From the NCBI GenBank assembly GCA_900544995.1, contig UQXC01000001.1, positions 15,752 through 79,751 on the forward strand: DNA of 64,000 bases, in the 5' to 3' direction. Position numbers and translations under genes: made by a program. Shown in pieces: positions 1-9,787 of this stretch (position 1 is its first letter; the number at the start of each line of letters is the position of its first letter). This DNA comes from an uncultured Collinsella sp. (GTDB lineage: Bacteria; Actinomycetota; Coriobacteriia; Coriobacteriales; Coriobacteriaceae). The notes beneath the pieces were generated by a model. That model saw nothing but the letters and a program-made list of their open reading frames with translations, was not told the origin of the DNA and ran no database searches.

Positions 1-198
1 ATTGTTGTGCACAGGGGCGTGTCCGTATGGACGCGCCCTTTTTATTTCGACTTTGTAAACTAGAACCTCCAATCTCTTTACGTTCCCTTTACGATTGCCT
101 CCAGCGCAGCAGGTATCCTTTTAGAGAAGTATGACAGCCGTATAAACGCGGGCTGTAGCGGCGATGCCGCGGTACTTGTGTTATTAGGAGGCTTTAGT

Positions 199-999
199 AT
201 GGCAGCACGTGCGGACAAAGTTTCGCGTGTCGACCATGATGGAGTTACGTTGGTGGAGGGCGCGACATCCGATGTTCGCTTTGCCTTCACCGAGCGCGCC
301 GGTGGCGTTTCCGAAGATGCGTACTCCTCACTCAACTTGGGCTCGCATGTTGGCGATGACCCCTTTGCTGTTCAAGAAAATCGTTGTCGTGCGCTCGAGG
401 CTATGGGTGCCGCCGAGTGCGGGCACAACCTGCTCGTTCCCAATCAGGTCCATGGTGATCATATCGTTGCGGTGACCTCGAACGGCGCCGATGACCTTGA
501 GGACGTTCGCGAGCAGATTGCCGAGGGCTGTGATGCCATCGTCTGCACGGCGCATAACGTGCCCGTGCTGCTCTGCTTTGCCGACTGCGTTCCCGTGGTG
601 CTGGTGGCCCCCGGCGGATTTGCCGTGGTGCACTCCGGTTGGAAGGGCACGATTGCACGTATTTCCGCCAAGGCGTGCCAGGCGCTTTGCGATGCTGCCG
701 GTTGCGATGCGAGCGACGTTTCCGCCTATATCGGCCCCCATATCTTGGGTGACGAATATGAGGTATCCCAGGAACTCATGGATCGCTTTGCCGCCGAGTT
801 CTCTTGCATCGATGCGAATACCTCTCGCATGCTTGATCTTTCCGCTGCCATTCGCGAGGCGCTGGTAGATGTCGGTGTCGACGCGGATAATATCGTGGAT
901 ACCCAGCTTTCGACCGTGCGTCAGAACGACCGCTTTTATTCCTACCGTAACGAGGACGGCACCTGTGGGCGCCATGCTGCGATCGGCGTGATGCTATGA
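199..999 (+). CDS. pgeF: Peptidoglycan editing factor PgeF / YfiH (DUF152, laccase-domain purine nucleoside phosphorylase family).
   Basis: Translation matches the YfiH/DUF152 family over its length. ATG at 199 is preceded by AGGAGG (184-189); the GTG at 178 listed by the ORF track is less likely the start. Its stop overlaps the pstS start. Confidence 0.75.
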   Translation: MAARADKVSRVDHDGVTLVEGATSDVRFAFTERAGGVSEDAYSSLNLGSHVGDDPFAVQENRCRALEAMGAAECGHNLLVPNQVHGDHIVAVTSNGADDLEDVREQIAEGCDAIVCTAHNVPVLLCFADCVPVVLVAPGGFAVVHSGWKGTIARISAKACQALCDAAGCDASDVSAYIGPHILGDEYEVSQELMDRFAAEFSCIDANTSRMLDLSAAIREALVDVGVDADNIVDTQLSTVRQNDRFYSYRNEDGTCGRHAAIGVML

Positions 1000-1832
1000 G
1001 AAAGATCGTATCGGTCCTGAGCGCCGCTGTGCTTACGCTTACGCTGTGCGCCTGTTCTTCGGGATCTTCTACCTCTTCCATTACCGTGGCCGGCTCCACG
1101 ACCTGCCTTCCTATCGCCGAGATTGCGGCCGAGGGCTTTAAGGAGGAGACCGGCATCGACGTGCTCGTTTCCGGTTTGGGTTCTTCCGCTGGGATCGAGG
1201 CCGTCAGCGCCGGCACGGCCGATATCGCCAGCTCCTCCCGTGGACTCAATGCCGACGAACAGGATCTGGGCCTGACTCCCATCGTCATTGCCCACGACGG
1301 TATTGCGGTCATCGTGAACGACGACAACCCCGTCGATAACCTCTCGACCGAGCAGCTCCGCGATATCTACGCCGGCAAGATTACCAATTGGAAAGAGGTC
1401 GGTGGCGAGGACCTGAGGATTCAGGTCATCAACCGAGACGAGGCGTCCGGTACGCGCGAGGCCTTCCGTACCATCGTGATGGATGGCACGCCGTTCGATC
1501 GCCGCTCGGCTGTTCTTTCGGGTACGGGCCAGGTGCGCGACGTGGTATCTCGTTCGCGTGGGGCCATCGGCTACATTTCGCTGGGCTTCGTCGATAGCCT
1601 CAACGCCAAGACCTCGGTCAAGGCTGTCTCGGTCAATCATGTTGAGGCGTCCGAGAAGACGGTCGCGAGTGGCGGCTATCCCATCTCGCGCGACCTTTAC
1701 TTCTTTGTGAAGGGTGCGCCTTCGCAGCAGGCGCAGGATTACATCGACTACGTGACGTCCGAAAAGATGGACAAGCAGATTCGCGAGGCGGGCTTTATTC
1801 CCGTCACCAACGACGAGAAGGGGAGTGAGTAG
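996..1832 (+). CDS. pstS: Phosphate ABC transporter substrate-binding lipoprotein PstS.
   Basis: Signal peptide with lipobox (LTLCACSS) and a PstS/PBP-type fold. It is first in a pstS-C-A-B-phoU gene order. Its ATG overlaps the pgeF stop (ATGA). Confidence 0.85.
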   Translation: MRKIVSVLSAAVLTLTLCACSSGSSTSSITVAGSTTCLPIAEIAAEGFKEETGIDVLVSGLGSSAGIEAVSAGTADIASSSRGLNADEQDLGLTPIVIAHDGIAVIVNDDNPVDNLSTEQLRDIYAGKITNWKEVGGEDLRIQVINRDEASGTREAFRTIVMDGTPFDRRSAVLSGTGQVRDVVSRSRGAIGYISLGFVDSLNAKTSVKAVSVNHVEASEKTVASGGYPISRDLYFFVKGAPSQQAQDYIDYVTSEKMDKQIREAGFIPVTNDEKGSE

Positions 1833-1833
1833 C

Positions 1834-2760
1834 ATGGAAGCACAGGAAAACTCCCAGACTGAGCAGAATGCTCAGGCACCCAAGAAGCGCGAGCTGGCGC
1901 TCGTATCGCGCAGTACCTATATCAAGGAGAAGGCGCTGCAGTGGATCTTCTTTGCCTGCGCGTTTTTGGCGGTCGTTACCGTCATCCTGATTTTTGTCTT
2001 TACCACGTACTCGGCGCTGCCCGTCTTTACCGACATCGGTCTGGCGGACTTCTTTAGCTTTACGTGGGCGCCCTCTGAGGGCCACTACGGCATCATGTCG
2101 CTGCTTGCCGGCTCAGGTCTGGTGACCGTCGGTGCGCTCGCCATGGGCGTGCCGCTGGGCGTGGGTACGGCCGTTTACCTGGTCGAGATTGCCAGCAAGC
2201 GCGTGCGCAAGCTCATCAGCCCCGCCGTTGACCTGCTGGCGGGCATACCCTCCATCATCTACGGCTTTTTCGGCATGATCATCATCCGCCCGTTTATCGC
2301 ACAACTGACCGGCGGCCTTGGTTTTGGTGCGCTGACGGCGTGGTTTGTGCTCGCCATCATGATCGTCCCTACCATCACCACGCTCACCATCGATGCCCTC
2401 AATTCCATTCCCATGGGCATTCGCGAGGCATCGTATGCCATGGGTGCTACTAAGTGGCAGACCATCTATAAGGTCGTGCTACCTGCCGCTAAGCTGGGTA
2501 TCGTGGATGCCATCGTGCTGGGTATGGGCCGTGCCATCGGAGAGACCATGGCCGTGCTCATGGTCGTGGGTAACGCCCCGGTTATTCCCGACAGCATTGC
2601 GAGCCCTATCTCGACGCTCACGAGCCAGATCGCGCTCGACATGAGCTATTCCTCGGGTCTGCATCGCTCGGCGCTGTTCGGCATGGGCGTGGTCCTGTTT
2701 ATCATCTCCGCCACGCTGGTGGGCATCGTCCGTCTGATTTCCAAGAAGAAGAGGGGGTAG
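1834..2760 (+). CDS. pstC: Phosphate ABC transporter permease PstC.
   Basis: Multi-TM permease containing the EAA-like loop. Its position after pstS fits the operon order. ATG at 1834 follows an AAGGGGAG SD; the track's 1825 start is a GTG. Confidence 0.85.
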   Translation: MEAQENSQTEQNAQAPKKRELALVSRSTYIKEKALQWIFFACAFLAVVTVILIFVFTTYSALPVFTDIGLADFFSFTWAPSEGHYGIMSLLAGSGLVTVGALAMGVPLGVGTAVYLVEIASKRVRKLISPAVDLLAGIPSIIYGFFGMIIIRPFIAQLTGGLGFGALTAWFVLAIMIVPTITTLTIDALNSIPMGIREASYAMGATKWQTIYKVVLPAAKLGIVDAIVLGMGRAIGETMAVLMVVGNAPVIPDSIASPISTLTSQIALDMSYSSGLHRSALFGMGVVLFIISATLVGIVRLISKKKRG

Positions 2761-2763
2761 GCT

Positions 2764-3669
2764 ATGTCCGATTCCGTTGACACGACGGTCGATACGACCT
2801 CGTCGCGCGAGCGCATCAAGCGTGCCCTTTCCCACGGCAAGAAGGGCCGCATCAACAAGGACCTGTCCAACAAGATCATGCTTGGCGTGTTTCGTGCCGC
2901 TGCCTACATCACCACGCTGGTGCTGGTCGCTATCATCGCCTACGTGGTCATCAACGGCCTGCCACACATCTCGCTCGACTTTATCTTCGGTTGGCCCCAG
3001 GGCGTCAACGCCGAGGGCGGAATTTGGCCCACGATCGTCTCGACCGTCTACGTGACGGCGCTCGCCATGCTTATCTGCACGCCGATCGCTGTGCTGGCAG
3101 CCGTCTATCTGGCCGAGTACGCCAAGCAGGGCAAGGTCGTCGAGCTCATTCGCTACGCTGCTGACGCTTTGGCCTCGGTGCCCTCCATCGTTATGGGCCT
3201 GTTTGGCTACGCCTTGTTTGTCGAGGCCATGGGCCTGGGCCTTTCGATGGTCTCGGCCGCCCTGGCACTCGCGCTCTTGATGCTTCCCATCGTCATGCGT
3301 ACCACCGAAGAGGCCATTCGCGCCGTTCCGCGCTATATCCGCTGGGGCGCATATGGCCTGGGCGCCACCAAGTGGCAGGTTGTCTCCAAGATCGTGCTTC
3401 CTTCTGCCTTTGGCCGTATTGCCACGGGCATCGTTCTCGCCATCGGCCGTGCCATTGGCGAGACCGCGGTGGTGCTCTATACCATGGGGCAGGCCATCAA
3501 TCTACCTATTTCGCCGCTCGATTCCGGCCGCCCCATGACGGTTCACCTGTATCTGCTTGCCAATGACGGCATCAACATGAACGCAGCCTACGGCACCGCG
3601 CTCTTGCTGATGGTGATCATTCTGGCCTTCAACCTGTTTGCGCGCTTCCTGTCGCGCAAGCGCCGCTAG
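2764..3669 (+). CDS. pstA: Phosphate ABC transporter permease PstA.
   Basis: Second permease of the pst operon with a typical PstA C-terminal membrane domain. An SD (GAGGGGG) lies upstream of the ATG. Confidence 0.85.
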   Translation: MSDSVDTTVDTTSSRERIKRALSHGKKGRINKDLSNKIMLGVFRAAAYITTLVLVAIIAYVVINGLPHISLDFIFGWPQGVNAEGGIWPTIVSTVYVTALAMLICTPIAVLAAVYLAEYAKQGKVVELIRYAADALASVPSIVMGLFGYALFVEAMGLGLSMVSAALALALLMLPIVMRTTEEAIRAVPRYIRWGAYGLGATKWQVVSKIVLPSAFGRIATGIVLAIGRAIGETAVVLYTMGQAINLPISPLDSGRPMTVHLYLLANDGINMNAAYGTALLLMVIILAFNLFARFLSRKRR

Positions 3670-3681
3670 TTAAGGAGTCCC

Positions 3682-4485
<804 letters not shown>

Positions 4486-4577
4486 TCGGCGCGACTAGTC
4501 CCAAGCCGATCGGACCTGGTCCGGTGCGTATTCACTGTGCGGGCGGCATGACCGCACCCAACTGATTGGAGTGAACC

Positions 4578-5435
4578 ATGCGCAAACTGTTTTCCCGTCA
4601 GCTCATCGAGGCCCGCCACGAGATGCTGAGCATCTACGAGGCCGTCGATCTGGCCCTCCACGATGCCGTGAAGGCCTATGTGACCGACGACCGCAAGCTC
4701 GCCACCAAGACCAAGAAGCGCACGCTTTCGCTTGACGCGCGCTGCGCTAACTTGGAGGCCGTGTGCTACAACCTGATCGCCACGCAGTCGCCGGTCGCCT
4801 CCGACTTCCGCTTGCTGCAGACGATCATCTACGTCGACTTTAACCTGCAGCGCATGACCGATAAGGTTCGCCAGATCTGCCGCGCCACGCGTCATATGAT
4901 CAAGGCCGACATCTCGCTGCCCAAGGAGCTTGTCGGCACGGTCGAGGCCGAGGCCGAAGCTGTCTACCAGGTGCTGGGCTCGTCGCTTTCTGCGCTCGTC
5001 ACCAACGACATGTCCATCATCTGCAACCTGGCCGTCGAGGACGAGCCGGTGCATGCGGCGTACGAGAAGTTCTTCCGTACCTTCAACCGCATGGACGCGG
5101 GCGAGTTTATGGATGACGATAGCAACTATGACGACCTGCGCCGCGCCATCATGGTTTCGCGCTACCTCGATCGCATCGCCTCGATTTCCATCGATGCCGC
5201 CTGCCGTCTGACGTTCCTTTTGACCGGCCAGCGCATGACTGCCGGCGATATCGCCCGCACTGATGAGGATGAGCTCGAGAGCATGCGCGTGCCTTCGGGC
5301 GAGGGTGTTATCATGAGGCCCGCCGTCGATGCACGCTACGTTGCCAAGGTGCCCGCTAACGAGGTCAGCGAGGGTCTTCGCTACCTGCTCGATCATCTTG
5401 AGGATGAGGACGATGGCGAGGACGACGAGGAGTAA
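4578..5435 (+). CDS. phoU: Phosphate signalling regulator PhoU with an acidic C-terminal tail.
   Basis: Tandem PhoU-type helical repeats and a position immediately after pstB. The C-terminus is acidic (EDEDDGEDDEE). Confidence 0.8.
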   Translation: MRKLFSRQLIEARHEMLSIYEAVDLALHDAVKAYVTDDRKLATKTKKRTLSLDARCANLEAVCYNLIATQSPVASDFRLLQTIIYVDFNLQRMTDKVRQICRATRHMIKADISLPKELVGTVEAEAEAVYQVLGSSLSALVTNDMSIICNLAVEDEPVHAAYEKFFRTFNRMDAGEFMDDDSNYDDLRRAIMVSRYLDRIASISIDAACRLTFLLTGQRMTAGDIARTDEDELESMRVPSGEGVIMRPAVDARYVAKVPANEVSEGLRYLLDHLEDEDDGEDDEE

Positions 5436-5472
5436 GTAACCCCGTTCGTCGAAAGATTGTAAATACCTAAGT

Positions 5473-5504
5473 GAGCGCGGCCTTGCACATGCGGGGCCGC
5501 GCTC
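5473..5504 (+). terminator. GC-rich hairpin after phoU (gagcgcggcc...ggccgcgctc).
   Basis: A 10-bp perfect stem followed by TTGCGTT, located 38 nt after the phoU stop. Confidence 0.5.
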
Positions 5505-5554
5505 TTGCGTTAGCATGGGACTACTTGTTTGGCTGTCAGCGGAGGCGATTAGCA

Positions 5555-6292
5555 ATGGATAACTATTTGGACTTGATGCGCGCTCGCCGCGAGCAGATTC
5601 TGGAACGTTTTTATGCGTCGCTCGATCGCGCAGGCCGTCCCCACGACGCCGCGCGCCTCATTGCCGTGTCCAAGACCGTTGGTGTCGATGAGACCGTTGC
5701 CGCCATCCAGGCGGGGTATCGCCATTTTGCCGAGAACCGCCCGCAGGAGCTGGTTCGCAAGCTCACGGGTCTGGCGGAGCATCCGGAGCTGCCCGAGGTG
5801 CGCTTCGATATGATCGGCAACCTGCAGACCAATAAGATCAATGCGGTGCTGGGCTCAGCCGAGCTGATTCACTCGGTGGGTTCGCTGCATCTGGCGCAGG
5901 CGATCTCGAGCCGTGCTGTCCGCAAGATTGAGGCAGGCGAGCTCGCCGGCCCCCAGCGTGTGCTCATCGAGGTCAATGTGAGTGGTGAGGAGTCGAAGGG
6001 AGGCTTTTCGCCCGATGAGATTCGCGCCGCCGCGGGTGAGCTTGCGGAACTTGAGGGAATTTGCGTGCAGGGGCTTATGACTATGGCGCCCCGGGGGAAT
6101 AAGGATTTGGCACGCCGCACCTTTGCGGGGCTTCGTGAGCTGAGGGATGAGCTGGAGGCGGCGCATCCCGATTTGAACCTGCCTGAGCTTTCCTGCGGTA
6201 TGAGCGAGGACTTTGAGTCTGCCCTTGAGGAGGGCTCTACGCTCGTTCGCCTGGGCAGGGTAGTATTTAGCCCGGAGTTTGCAGTAAAATAA
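5555..6292 (+). CDS. yggS: YggS-family pyridoxal-phosphate homeostasis protein (alanine-racemase-fold PLP-binding barrel).
   Basis: The N-terminal lysine region (IAVSKTV..) and overall pattern are YggS-like. ATG at 5555 has a GGAGGCG SD; the ORF-track start at 5471 lacks an SD and overlaps the terminator. Its position before sepF is typical. Confidence 0.8.
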   Translation: MDNYLDLMRARREQILERFYASLDRAGRPHDAARLIAVSKTVGVDETVAAIQAGYRHFAENRPQELVRKLTGLAEHPELPEVRFDMIGNLQTNKINAVLGSAELIHSVGSLHLAQAISSRAVRKIEAGELAGPQRVLIEVNVSGEESKGGFSPDEIRAAAGELAELEGICVQGLMTMAPRGNKDLARRTFAGLRELRDELEAAHPDLNLPELSCGMSEDFESALEEGSTLVRLGRVVFSPEFAVK

Positions 6293-6352
6293 GGCTCTGA
6301 AGTGCGCACTGATTATCGGGGCGCCTGCACTAAACCGCGAGAGGACACAACC

Positions 6353-7075
6353 ATGGGCTTCCTTGACGAGATTAAAAATAAGATGCACCTGGGCGGCCAG
6401 CAGGGTTACGACCAGGGTTATGGCCAGGACGACGACTACGGCTACGATGACGGCTATGACGATAGTTATCAGGGCAACGGCTACAGCGGTGCTTCGGGCG
6501 AGGGCTTCTACACCCAAGACGAGCCGAGCAACGGCCTGCTTGGTCAGACGCGCCGCGGTGAAGCTGAGTCGGTTGCCGTGTATACGCGCTCCGGTCAGCT
6601 GGTCGGCGATGACTCCCGCCATGCCACGACGTATAATCCGCCTTCGCGCTCGCAGGACAGTGTTGCGAGCGGTTATCGTCCTGGTGCCTATGACACGCCG
6701 TCGAGCTACGCCGAGAACACCCGCGCCCGTGCCGCCGCTGCGCCCGCGCCTGCACCGAGCGATGCCTCGGCCTATGCGAGCAATATCATCAACGCCACAC
6801 CGCAGCTGCCGGCCTATGTCCTGCGCCCCGAGAGCTATGACGACGTGGAGACCGTGGTGCGCCGCGTTCGCACCAAGCAGCCTGTCGCACTGATTTTTGT
6901 GGGCGTACGCACCGAAGTTGCCAAGCGCGTCTTGGACTTCTCTTACGGCTTTGCCTGCGGTCTGGGTGCCACGGTCAAGGAGGTGGGCGACCGCGTGTTC
7001 ATGGTGCTGCCCGCCGGTTGCGAGGTCAAAGATTCCGATCTCAAGAAGCTTCGTGCGGACGGCTACCTTAAGTAA
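6353..7075 (+). CDS. sepF: Cell division protein SepF.
   Basis: The C-terminal SepF domain is well conserved (VLRPESYDDVETVVRRVRTKQPVALIF...). The N-terminal linker is low-complexity and Y/D/G-rich. It is followed by yggT and divIVA as in Gram-positive division clusters. Confidence 0.85.
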   Translation: MGFLDEIKNKMHLGGQQGYDQGYGQDDDYGYDDGYDDSYQGNGYSGASGEGFYTQDEPSNGLLGQTRRGEAESVAVYTRSGQLVGDDSRHATTYNPPSRSQDSVASGYRPGAYDTPSSYAENTRARAAAAPAPAPSDASAYASNIINATPQLPAYVLRPESYDDVETVVRRVRTKQPVALIFVGVRTEVAKRVLDFSYGFACGLGATVKEVGDRVFMVLPAGCEVKDSDLKKLRADGYLK

Positions 7076-7096
7076 AGACAAGACGAGGAGATTCCC

Positions 7097-7378
7097 ATCA
7101 ACATCTACGCTGTCGTCCAGCTGGTCAACACGCTGTTCAACTTCTATTCCACGCTCATTGTCGTCTACTGCTTTATGACGTGGATTCCCATGAAGCAGGG
7201 TGGTTTGCTTCAGGATATTGCCGCGGTGCTTGATAGCGTGTGCGGTCCGTGGCTCAACCTGTTCCGTCGTTTCATCCCGCCGATGGGCGGTATCGATTTT
7301 TCGCCGGTCGTTGCGATTATTGCGTTGCAGTTGGTGCAGAGGCTGGTTCTGCAGCTTCTTATAGGTATACTCGTGTAG
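7097..7378 (+). CDS. yggT: YggT-family small membrane protein (start uncertain).
   Basis: YggT-like sequence (…NTLFNFYSTLIVVYCFMTWIP…) continues in frame upstream of the first ATG (7175) back to the sepF stop. There is no in-frame ATG/GTG/TTG upstream; GAGGAG at 7085-7090 followed by ATC at 7097 suggests a non-canonical start. Confidence 0.6.
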   Translation: MNIYAVVQLVNTLFNFYSTLIVVYCFMTWIPMKQGGLLQDIAAVLDSVCGPWLNLFRRFIPPMGGIDFSPVVAIIALQLVQRLVLQLLIGILV

Positions 7379-7439
7379 AACTGACTTAGTAACTTACGTC
7401 GGGCGTGTAGCGCCGAGGCGATGAAAAAGGAGACTTGTT

Positions 7440-8114
7440 ATGGCTATTACCCCTGCAGACATCCAGGCTCAGACTTTCTCTGAGGCCAAGCGTGGCTACG
7501 ATCCCGCCGAGGTCGACGTCTTCTTGGAGACGCTGTCCTCCGAGGTTGACGCTATGCTCGCTAAGATCGTCGACCTTAAGGGTCGTCTGACTGCTACCGA
7601 GCAGCAGCTTGCCGATGCGCAGGCTCAGCTTGCCCAGGCTCAGGATGCCCCCGCCCAGGCCGTTCCTGCCGCCCCCGTGGCTGCTCCCGCCCCTGACTTC
7701 TCCGCTCAGGAGCGCCAGATTTCCGCTGCCCTGATCGCTGCCCAGCAGACCGCTGAGACCATCGTCAACGATGCCAACGAGAACGCTGAGCGTATCCGCA
7801 ACGAGGCTGACGCCAAGGCCCGCGAGGTTATCCGCCAGGCTCTGACCGAGAAGCAGGCCGAGCTCGAGGAGATCGATCGTCTCAAGGCTTCCCGTGAGGA
7901 GTTCAAGGCCGAGTACCTCAAGCTCATCCAGCACTTCATGGACGATGCCCAGAATTCCTTCCCGGCCGATCTGATGGCCTCCACGCCGGTCGGTTCCGCC
8001 GCTTCTCCTGCAGTGACTGTTCCTGCCGAGCCGCTGCCCGTCGCTGACCCGGTTGTCCCCGTGGCCGACCCCTTCGCCCCGATCGACAACTTCGCTGCCG
8101 ACGACCTGGACTAA
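7440..8114 (+). CDS. divIVA: DivIVA-domain cell-division/polar-growth protein.
   Basis: The N-terminal DivIVA motif is present (ITPADIQAQTFSEAKRGYDPAEVDVFLE), followed by coiled-coil A/Q-rich segments. It has a strong SD (AAAAAGGAGA). Confidence 0.85.
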   Translation: MAITPADIQAQTFSEAKRGYDPAEVDVFLETLSSEVDAMLAKIVDLKGRLTATEQQLADAQAQLAQAQDAPAQAVPAAPVAAPAPDFSAQERQISAALIAAQQTAETIVNDANENAERIRNEADAKAREVIRQALTEKQAELEEIDRLKASREEFKAEYLKLIQHFMDDAQNSFPADLMASTPVGSAASPAVTVPAEPLPVADPVVPVADPFAPIDNFAADDLD

Positions 8115-8143
8115 CATTCGGCCTACAATTTAGTGCCTAGAAA

Positions 8144-8170
8144 GGACCCGCAGCTTGCGGGTCCTTTTTT
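8144..8170 (+). terminator. Rho-independent terminator after divIVA.
   Basis: Hairpin ggacccgcagcttgcgggtcc followed by a TTTTTT run. Confidence 0.8.
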
Positions 8171-8281
8171 ATGACTGTGCAGGGGCGCGCAACATAAAAA
8201 ACCGAGCCCTGCACATTGTGGCGCAGAACTCGGCGAATGGGTGAGCGGTAAAAGGTAGGTTTTAGGGCATGTGCCAAAAAA

Positions 8282-8812
8282 CTACTTGAGGAGGAAGTTG
8301 GGGAGGGGAATGGTACGGGCCTCGCGATGCTCGGGGTCGGCGATGTGGTCGGCAGGATAGCCACAGACAAGCATGTGATAGGGATAAACGCCCTTGGGCA
8401 GATTGAACTGCTCCTGTGCCACCTCTGGCTTAAAATGGCATACCCAGCACGTTCCCAGGCCCTGCTCGGTGGCCTCCATCATCATCTGATCGCAAACGAT
8501 GGATGTATCGATTTCGCTGGAATTCATCTGATCATACGGGCGCACCCAAGCATCATCGGTAACGCTGCAAATAAGGAAGACAAGCGGAGCGCCAAAGATA
8601 GACCCATCACGAGCAAACCGAGGCTGACAAACAGCAGCCTTCTCCAGAAGCTCAGGCGTATCCAACACCATCACACGGGTTGGATGATTATTACAAGCAG
8701 AAGGAGCAATCCGCCCAGCCTCAACAATGGCATCCACCACAGCCTGCTCAACAGGACGGTCCTCAAACGAACGACAAGAATACCGACCACGAGCCAGATC
8801 CAAATAAGACAT
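8282..8812 (-). CDS. Nitroreductase-family protein.
   Basis: A 176-aa protein with a nitroreductase-fold pattern (RYSCRSF…, conserved C-terminal GYP). An SD (GGAGGG) precedes the start. Confidence 0.7.
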   Translation of the reverse strand: MSYLDLARGRYSCRSFEDRPVEQAVVDAIVEAGRIAPSACNNHPTRVMVLDTPELLEKAAVCQPRFARDGSIFGAPLVFLICSVTDDAWVRPYDQMNSSEIDTSIVCDQMMMEATEQGLGTCWVCHFKPEVAQEQFNLPKGVYPYHMLVCGYPADHIADPEHREARTIPLPNFLLK

Positions 8813-8990
8813 ACAAGCCCTCCAAAGCTAATAAAACAACCTAAAACTAAGCAAAAGGGTACCCAAAGCCCCATTCAGCCAAACGCCTACCGAATGCCAA
8901 AGTGTTCAATTGGGTACTAAAGGTCCCTTCAGCCAAACCCCCATTGCACTATAGCCATCAGCCAAAGTTCCCAATGGTGGTACATAAGGG

Positions 8991-9072
8991 AGCGGGCCCG
9001 ACCACTGATAACCTTTTGAACGACTCTGCTTGCAGCCGGAGTGAAAAAAGGTTATCAGTGGTCGGGCCCGCG
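8991..9072. repeat. Long perfect hairpin (about 25-bp stem, about 28-nt loop), 25 nt past the DUF47 gene stop.
   Basis: gcgggcccgaccactgataacctttt … aaaaggttatcagtggtcgggcccgc. The arms are perfect reverse complements. Confidence 0.6.
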
Positions 9073-9096
9073 ACCGGTGGGACATGTACCCCCCAA

Positions 9097-9720
9097 TTAA
9101 CTGTTCTTCATGACAATCGAATCCACGACATCGGCCACATTCTCGCAGCAGTCGGCGCAGTACTCCAGGAAGGCGTACACGTCACGCCAAGCGATGACCT
9201 CGAGCGGGTCCTTGCCGTTAACGTGCAGGTTGCGCATGGCGTTGATGTAGAGCTCGTCGGCCTCGGACTCGATGGTGTTGATCTGGATGACGAGCTCGCG
9301 CAGGGTCTTGGACTTGCGGTAGTTGGGCAGCTCGACCATCAGGTCCTTCATGGCGCGGCAGGCGTCGGTCACCTTGTGGGCGATGACGATGGCATCGGGG
9401 TGGATGCTCTGGATGTTGGTGAAGTAGACGCGCTGCACGACGCCCTCGATACGATCGAGCACGGTGTCGAGCGAGCAGCTCATCAGGTCTAGATCCTCGC
9501 GCTCAAGCGGGGTGATAAAGGCGGTGAGCAAGGCGTCTTCGAGCTCGTGGTGCTTCTTGTCTGCCGCATGCTCAATCGCATGCATCTTATTGAGCATGTC
9601 GTGGATCTGCGCGGGGTCAAAGTTCTCAAAAATCTTGGTGAGCAGCTCTGCGGCCTGGACGGCGAGGTCGGCGCAAGCGACGTAGTTGTCAAAGTAGAAC
9701 GAATCGGGTTTCTTTGCCAT
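9097..9720 (-). CDS. DUF47-family protein (PhoU-like Pit accessory protein, YkaA/PitR-type).
   Basis: A 207-aa helical protein with a DUF47 pattern, directly downstream of a Pit transporter on the same strand. Confidence 0.7.
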   Translation of the reverse strand: MAKKPDSFYFDNYVACADLAVQAAELLTKIFENFDPAQIHDMLNKMHAIEHAADKKHHELEDALLTAFITPLEREDLDLMSCSLDTVLDRIEGVVQRVYFTNIQSIHPDAIVIAHKVTDACRAMKDLMVELPNYRKSKTLRELVIQINTIESEADELYINAMRNLHVNGKDPLEVIAWRDVYAFLEYCADCCENVADVVDSIVMKNS

Positions 9721-9787
9721 GGGTGGGTCCTTTCGAGGTGAAGACGGGTGGGCGAAGTAATGCGGTCCGGATGGACGCTCGGTTTGA

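Noticed and set aside
5855-7081. Long minus-strand ORF (408 aa) and many similar antisense or overlapping ORFs throughout the track. Examples: 328..975-, 942..1835-, 12297..13319-, 18335..19780+, 20634..21842-, 24289..25593-, 25855..27528-, 29160..30338-, 31628..32932-, 35267..36589-, 36635..37498-, 37959..39065-, 40308..41447+, 43027..43956-, 43703..44743-, 45225..47225-, 47575..49383-, 49313..50890-, 51743..52630-, 54370..55449-, 59006..60013-, 60023..60754-.
   Set aside because: These are shadow ORFs typical of high-GC DNA. They lie opposite well-supported genes with recognisable family motifs, their translations are low-complexity (R/A/G/P-rich), and they lack SD sequences.
8327-9492. Plus-strand ORFs 8327..8920 and 8902..9492.
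   Set aside because: They are antisense to the nitroreductase and DUF47 genes, with Pro/His/Thr-rich nonsense translations.
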